Source: Prasinococcaceae sp. CCMP 1430
Taxonomy: Eukaryota; Plantae; Prasinodermophyta
Direction of reading: 5' to 3'
Assembly: GCA_013416795.1 (NCBI GenBank)
Contig: RQSC01000523.1
Coordinates: 280,457 to 344,456, forward strand
Length of the DNA: 64,000 nt
The translations under genes were made by a program, and so were the position numbers. Below the pieces are notes generated by a model that worked only from the letters and a program-made list of their open reading frames with translations, had not been told where the DNA came from and made no database searches. This document shows positions 58,165-64,000 of the stretch, one piece after another (position 1 is the first letter of the stretch; each line of letters starts with the position of its first letter).

Positions 58165-58332
58165 GAGAACAGCGCGCACCGCCCTGCGTCCGGCCCGTGT
58201 GACGCACTTGCTTGCATGTGTCCGAGCGCGTGACGACTGTGTGGATATCCGGCCTTGAGTGGGTGCGCGGGCGCCACAGAGCGCGCGGTGGGCGTCGCGG
58301 CGTTGCTGCCCGGGTCCGCGTGCAGGCGCGCG

Positions 58333-59316
58333 ATGGCACCCGTCATGACGCTGGAGCGTTTCAACGCGCTGCCTGCCGCGGAGGCGGCGGCGGCAATCAG
58401 GGAGTGCTGCGGGTGTGCGCGCTTCGCGGCGCGCGTGGCGGCCGCTGCGCGACCAGCGGCCAGCGTGCGCGCTCTGCAGGCGACCGCGCGGCGCGCGTGG
58501 TTCGCAGATGCGACCGCTGCCGAGTGGCTCGAGGCGCTCGCCTCGCACCCACGCATTGGCGGCGACCTTGCCGCGCTGCGCGCCAGGTTCGACGGCGGGT
58601 CGGCGCACGCACAGTGGGCGCAGGGCGAGCAGAGCGCGGCGATGGCGACGGCGGAGGAGGAGGTGCTCGCCGAGCTCAGCGAGTGGAACACGCTCTACGA
58701 GGAGCGCTTCGGGCACGTCTTCGTCATATGCGCGACGGGCGTGCCCGCCGATAGGGTGCTCTCCGAGCTGCGCCGCCGATACGCCGCCGCGCCGCACGCG
58801 GAGCTCGCCGTCGCCGCCGAGGAGCAGGCCAAGATAACCGCGCTGCGCATCGCCAAGCTGTTCGGCGCGGGCGCCGCGGCCGCGGGCGCGGCCGTCTCGG
58901 AGACCGCCGCGCGCCGCGTGGAGACTGTCGCTAAGCAGGTGGCGCCCGCGCCCTCGCGCTCCCCCATCACCACGCACGTACTCGACCAGGCGCGCGGCTG
59001 CCCGGCGCGCGGCGTCGCCATCTCGCTCGCGCTGCGCGGCGCCGACGGCGCGTACGCGCTGCTCGGCGAGGGCGTGACCAACGACGACGGCAGGCTGCCC
59101 ACGCTGCTGCCGCCGGGCCACGCGCTCGCCGCGGGCATCTACAAGATCAGCTTCGAGTGTGGCGAGTACGAGATGCGCGCCTCGGGCGGCCAGGGCGCGG
59201 GCTTCTACCCAGAGGCGAGCATCGTCTTCGAGGTGCGCCCCGACCAGACCGGCCAGCACTTCCACGTGCCGCTGCTGCTCTCGCCCTACGGGTACGCCAC
59301 CTATCGCGGCTCGTAG
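58333..59316 (+). CDS. TTL: Bifunctional OHCU decarboxylase / HIU hydrolase (allantoin synthase, transthyretin-like)
   Basis: HPRIG, YEERFGHVFVICA, EEQAKITALR; SPITTHVLD...G.PA; HVPLLLSPYGYATYRGS*. Confidence 0.93.
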   Translation: MAPVMTLERFNALPAAEAAAAIRECCGCARFAARVAAAARPAASVRALQATARRAWFADATAAEWLEALASHPRIGGDLAALRARFDGGSAHAQWAQGEQSAAMATAEEEVLAELSEWNTLYEERFGHVFVICATGVPADRVLSELRRRYAAAPHAELAVAAEEQAKITALRIAKLFGAGAAAAGAAVSETAARRVETVAKQVAPAPSRSPITTHVLDQARGCPARGVAISLALRGADGAYALLGEGVTNDDGRLPTLLPPGHALAAGIYKISFECGEYEMRASGGQGAGFYPEASIVFEVRPDQTGQHFHVPLLLSPYGYATYRGS

Positions 59317-59521
59317 AGCTCGGCGGCGGCGACGCGTGTAAGAGGCTTCGATAGGTGCATACACTACATACACTGTTGGTACTTACAGAGCAGCGCCCGT
59401 TGTGCACAGGCGCCTGCCGGCGCGCGGCCAGCCAGAGCGCGGGCAGCGTGACAGACGCCTGGAGGCGCGCCTCGCGCCTCAGCCGCTCGCGTGCGGGGGG
59501 GAAGGGCGCGGCGCGGCCGGC

Positions 59522-59920
59522 TCACGCTGAGGCCACCGCGCCCACGCGCTTCCCGCATATCTTCGGGTACTCGGCGGGCTGGTGGGCGCAGCCCAGCGCC
59601 ACCACGCAGTCGCAGTACATGGGCCACAGCAGCCACCACACTGTCGCGATGCCAAAGGCGACCGCGTCCCACTGCAATGCGAGGCACGCGTCGGTGGAGA
59701 GGTGGAACGCCTCGCAGGCCTCGAGCGCCGCGTCGTACACGCCGAAGTCGTAGATGAGCGGGCCGGCGACCGAGAGCGTGGCCAGGCACGCGGCGCACTC
59801 GAGCGCGGTCTTGTTGGGCACGGCTTCGAGGTGCGGGGTGGTGGTGTGCGCCACGGCGCGCGCGGCGCGTTCGGCGACGGGCCGAGCGGCGCCGAGCGCG
59901 GCCTCCATCGCCTGGCGCGG
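59522..59920 (-). CDS. Hypothetical Cys-rich protein, 5' end in gap
   Basis: ECAACLATL...EACEAF...DAC...YCDC..ALGC; coding-like codon usage. Confidence 0.4.
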   Translation of the reverse strand, partial: PRQAMEAALGAARPVAERAARAVAHTTTPHLEAVPNKTALECAACLATLSVAGPLIYDFGVYDAALEACEAFHLSTDACLALQWDAVAFGIATVWWLLWPMYCDCVVALGCAHQPAEYPKICGKRVGAVASA

Positions 59921-60712
59921 NNNNNNNNNNNNNNNNNNNNNNNNNNNNNNNNNNNNNNNNNNNNNNNNNNNNNNNNNNNNNNNNNNNNNNNNNNNNNNNN
60001 NNNNNNNNNNNNNNNNNNNNNNNNNNNNNNNNNNNNNNNNNNNNNNNNNNNNNNNNNNNNNNNNNNNNNNNNNNNNNNNNNNNNNNNNNNNNNNNNNNNN
60101 NNNNNNNNNNNNNNNNNNNNNNNNNNNNNNNNNNNNNNNNNNNNNNNNNNNNNNNNNNNNNNNNNNNNNNNNNNNNNNNNNNNNNNNNNNNNNNNNNNNN
60201 NNNNNNNNNNNNNNNNNNNNNNNNNNNNNNNNNNNNNNNNNNNNNNNNNNNNNNNNNNNNNNNNNNNNNNNNNNNNNNNNNNNNNNNNNNNNNNNNNNNN
60301 NNNNNNNNNNNNNNNNNNNNNNNNNNNNNNNNNNNNNNNNNNNNNNNNNNNNNNNNNNNNNNNNNNNNNNNNNNNNNNNNNNNNNNNNNNNNNNNNNNNN
60401 NNNNNNNNNNNNNNNNNNNNNNNNNNNNNNNNNNNGCGTGCGAGCGCGGGCGCGCGCGCGCGTGCGCGGGCGCTGCGCAGATGACGACCGCGCGCGCCCG
60501 TGCTGCGTGGCACCCGCGCGAGTGAGGGATGCGAGCGCTCCACACAACCGCAACACGCGTGCGCGGCGCGCACCGCGCGGTCCGCAAATTGTCTGACCCG
60601 CATGCGCTCGCGCCCAAACGCCGGCGTCCCCGTCACGTCCCTTGCCTCGCGCGCAACAAACCAGCCTCTGCAGCCAGGCCAGCCGCGCAGCGCGCCGCGG
60701 TGCGCGCTCACG

Positions 60713-61790
60713 ATGAACGGCTCTGGCGGCGCGGTGACGTGCCTCGCATGGAACCCGCGTGCGAGCGGCGCTTCGGCCGACTTCGTCGCGGGCTCCGTTG
60801 CGGGCGACCTGTACTGCGCGAGCGTGCTGACGCAGGGCGAGCTCAGGGACGGCTGCGGCAAGCTCACGGTCCAGCTCAACAAGAGCGGGATCAACGGCGG
60901 GCGCTGCAACGCGGCCGCGTGGGTGCCCGGCGCCGCAACGCGTCTGCTCTCCGCGCACGTCGACGGCTGCGTCTACCTTTGGGAGTCGGCGCACGCCAGC
61001 TCCAGTGCGGCAGCTGCGGACGCGACAGCATTCCCCTCGCTGGGCGACAGCGCTAGGTGCGGGCGCGCGCCGGGTCCTTGGCGCCCCGCGCGATGCCGCG
61101 TGGTGCCCTCTCCGCTCGCTCGCTGACTCGTCGCCGCGCCGACGGTCGCCGGTTGCGCCCCTCAGCACGTGCGCACCGGGCGGTGTGTCCGCGGCGCACA
61201 CGCCCGCGAGGTCGCCCAACAAGGGCGCAGCGCAGGCGCGGTGGCACGTGAGCGACGCGCCCCTCACGTCGATGGCCTTCGCGCCGGCGGGCGACTGTCT
61301 CGCCGTGGCTGACGCGTCCGGTGCCGTGCGCATCTATCGCTGGCGCGACGGCACGGAGGGGGGTGAGCTCACGCCGGCGGGCGGCCTGCGTGCGTACTTC
61401 GGCTCGGTGCGCTGCATGTGCTGGTCGCCCGACTCGCGCTACCTCGCGTTCGGTGGCGCGGCAGACCTCGTCGAGGTGTGGGATGCGGTGGAGCAACGAA
61501 CGTGCGCGTGGGGCGAGGGGCACTCGTCATGGCTCGAGGGCGTGGCCTTCGTGCGCAGCAGCAGCGAGGGCCCCGAGGGCGACCGTAGCGCGGGCGGCAC
61601 GCCCTTTCGGGTCGTGAGCGTGGCGCAGGACGGCCGCGTGATCGCGTGGGAGATGAGCGGAGACGCGAGCGCCGGCGACGGCGGCGCGCGCTACGAAACG
61701 GGCACGCTGCTGCCGCCGCCGAGTCGCCGCGACGTCCCGCGGATGGTCGCCGTCGCCGGCGGCAAGGTCCACGCCTTCCCGTGCTGCGCG
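60713..61790 (+). CDS. WDR20/DMWD-like WD40 protein; intron 61057-61210; 3' end replaced by plastid DNA
   Basis: [31 protein letters not shown]...[22 protein letters not shown]. Confidence 0.75.
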
Positions 61791-62054
61791 CTCAATATCG
61801 TAACAACGACCCTTGTAACGGTCAAGAGAAGTTAGACCATCAGTCCATACAGTTGTCCAAGTACCTGTAGATGATTCAGCTGCTACTGCTGCAGCAACCT
61901 CTTCAGCTGGTACACCTGGCTGAGGCTGTACACGGAATGCTGCAAGAATATCAGTATCCTTAACAACGTACTCTGGAGTGTAGTAAGTTAGACGGTAATC
62001 TTTTACCCCGGCTTGGAACCCTGTTCCTGTTTTAGTTTCTGTTTGTGGTGCCAT
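61790..62054 (-). pseudogene. rbcL: Plastid rbcL 5' fragment (about 88 codons)
   Basis: MAPQTETK...[13 protein letters not shown]...[30 protein letters not shown]; AT-rich plastid codon usage; breaks off into nuclear sequence. Confidence 0.95.
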
Positions 62055-62293
62055 AAAGTTTTTTAAGTTTTAGTAAAGATAGGCTCTTTTATCTAGAATC
62101 TATAAAATTAGAATATCTAGTCATACATCTATTCCGGGAGCATAAGCTCAATATTAGTGATTAGTATACACTATCATAATAATAATTTTTATTTATGCAT
62201 AAATAAAAATTTATAATTTATTCATATAGTTATATGATTATTCAGAAAGATAATCAAAAAATATACAAAATGAGAACAATATCATAAATTTTA

Positions 62294-62366
62294 TGCCAAG
62301 AACCAGAGTCGAACTGGTGACACGCGGATTTTCAATCCGCTGCTCTACCAACTGAGCTATCTCGGC
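62294..62366 (-). tRNA. trnF: Plastid tRNA-Phe (GAA)
   Basis: GCCGAGATAGCTCAGTTGGTAGAGCAGCGGATTGAAAATCCGCGTGTCACCAGTTCGACTCTGGTTCTTGGCA, 73-nt cloverleaf. Confidence 0.97.
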
Positions 62367-62417
62367 TGAATTATTAATTAACTTATTTATTTATTTAAGT
62401 ATACAATAAAAGAATAA

Positions 62418-62454
62418 TATTTGTCAAGTAAATGTTTTGTTTACTTGACAAATA
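62418..62454. terminator. Plastid 3' stem-loop after atpA; overlaps a TTGACA...TATACT promoter for trnF
   Basis: TATTTGTCAAGTAAA / TTTACTTGACAAATA inverted repeat; minus-strand TTGACA-N18-TATACT. Confidence 0.7.
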
Positions 62455-62477
62455 AAGAGAGAGTTAATTAATGAAAA

Positions 62478-62623
62478 TTAACCTTTTTTAGAAGCAAAGA
62501 AACTTTCTTTATATGTTGCAATTGCTTCTAATAACATAGCTTCTGCATCATCATCAAATTTCTTAGAAGAATTAATGCTATCAATAATTCCTGTAGCACT
62601 TGTACCAACATACTCACGAAGTC
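62478..62623 (-). pseudogene. atpA: Plastid atpA 3' fragment
   Basis: LREYVGTSATGIIDSINSSKKFDDDAEAMLLEAIATYKESFFASKKG* resembles the CF1-alpha C-terminus; ends at a single N. Confidence 0.8.
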
Positions 62624-63748
62624 NGCCCAAGCAACGAGGCGCGCGCACACAGCTCACAAGGCGCCGCGCGACGCACTGGCGCGTGATGGCGCCGGAGTGC
62701 CCCTTGGCGAACGGGCGGACCTGCGGCCGCCCGCGCGCGCGGATCCGGATTCGCGCCCCGCACCCGTCGACACGGACACGATTCCATCTCCGTGTAAATC
62801 ATTGCTAACATCCATAATAATATCAAATAATACATGCGTGGGGTACTTTGGGTGGGTCTTCTGCGTTTTACAGCAGGCGCGCCGTAAAAAAAAAAAAAAA
62901 GGGGGGGGGGGGGGGGGTCGCTGCCGATTGCTCTGCGTCGAATTGGCCGTGTCGACGCAATGGGTGTTAAAACTAACCCTAACCCTAAACCATCGGGTTT
63001 CGCAAGCGCGGCCCCCGGACGCTCCGGACAACGAGGGGCGAAAAGCGGGATTCCGTTGTATGCGAACGGCGCCCGCGCACCAACCAATTGCCTTCCACAC
63101 ACACACACACACCCAAAAAAAAAACGGATTGGATTCGGATTGCGCGCCGATCCGCGGGGGCGTTGCGCGCGCGCGCGCGCCCGCCGCGCGAGCACGGACG
63201 GACGAGGCACGTGGGGAACTACACGCACCAGCCCATCTCGACGGCGACGATACCAGTAACCACCTAATTTAATTTTCGCGGTTGCGTGCACGCGCGTTCC
63301 GTAGGAATCGAAGCTGGCGAGGCGTTCATTACTGTATATTCAGGCAGCCCGCGCGGGGCCGAGGGAGAAAAAAAAAACGCCAATTCCGCCGCGCGCGCTT
63401 TCATTCTGACCACCCGCAGCATTTCACGGGATTTGTGCGCGCCTCTCGCTCCTCTCTGCGGTTCGCAAACGGTTCTTTTTTGACGTCGTGAGGGCGAGAT
63501 ACGCGGATGCGAAATGTGCCGTCGCGCGACGCGCGCCCGGCATCGATTTACAGTCCAGTCCTGTACAGCGCACACGTACAGTCCAGCGTCCTTTAGTTAG
63601 GGTTCGGATTTCTTCGTCCGACCGTGCCGACGCTGACACATTCAATCACACATCAACACCGAACCCTGATTGCGTGCATATACCCAAAGTACAGCACGAC
63701 TCGCAGGTCAAAATGAATGCATTTTACGCATTTTTTTTTCACGCGCAC

Positions 63749-63973
63749 CTTTTTATGTTGCGCGACATGAGGCACCGTCGCGTGGTTGCATCCCATCCCG
63801 TCTGGGCTCGGATCCTCGTCCGAATACGCGGCCCACTCGCGCGGCGAAGGGTCGCACTTCGTGGTGCAATGCTCCTCCCAGTCGCGGCCGGCGCAGCACG
63901 TGGCGCCGGTTGGGGCGGGCGAGTCCGCGCGCTGCCGACCGAAGGGGCCCCCCTCGCCCGTGCGGGAGCCCAT
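63749..63973 (-). CDS. Exon of a hypothetical Cys-containing protein
   Basis: ATG at 63973, open to an AAG|GTGCGC donor; downstream exons not resolved. Confidence 0.35.
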
Positions 63974-64000
63974 GGCGCCCCCCGGCTCGCGCCGCGCGGC

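Overview
This is GC-rich, gene-dense nuclear DNA of a eukaryotic green alga (prasinophyte-like, inferred). Evidence: GT-AG introns with GTGCGT/GTACGT donors and GCTGAC-type branch points, plant-type mitochondrial subunits, plastid-targeted ChlI/HCF164/pTAC10, and TTTAGGG telo-boxes. It is a draft scaffold with five long N gaps and several single-N joins. Most ORF-track entries are GC-driven artefacts. About 40 genes or gene fragments can be reconstructed by hand: ribosomal proteins S19, S24, L7a and L35a, eIF4A-III, mitochondrial MDH, OSCP, ATP synthase e, plant-type COX4, DPM1, TTL, a CSAD-like decarboxylase, ion channels and others. Non-coding highlights: two intronic box C/D snoRNAs (U54-like and U51/snR39-like) with recognisable rRNA guides, a 6-nt microexon, a ~209-nt rod-like hairpin of unknown identity, a 113-bp direct repeat, and an ~830-bp plastid genome fragment (atpA 3' end, trnF-GAA, rbcL 5' end) joined to a WD40 gene. 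At several divergent gene pairs both 5' ends are missing and the fragments abut, most likely from assembly collapse. All family calls come from recalled motif similarity, not database searches.
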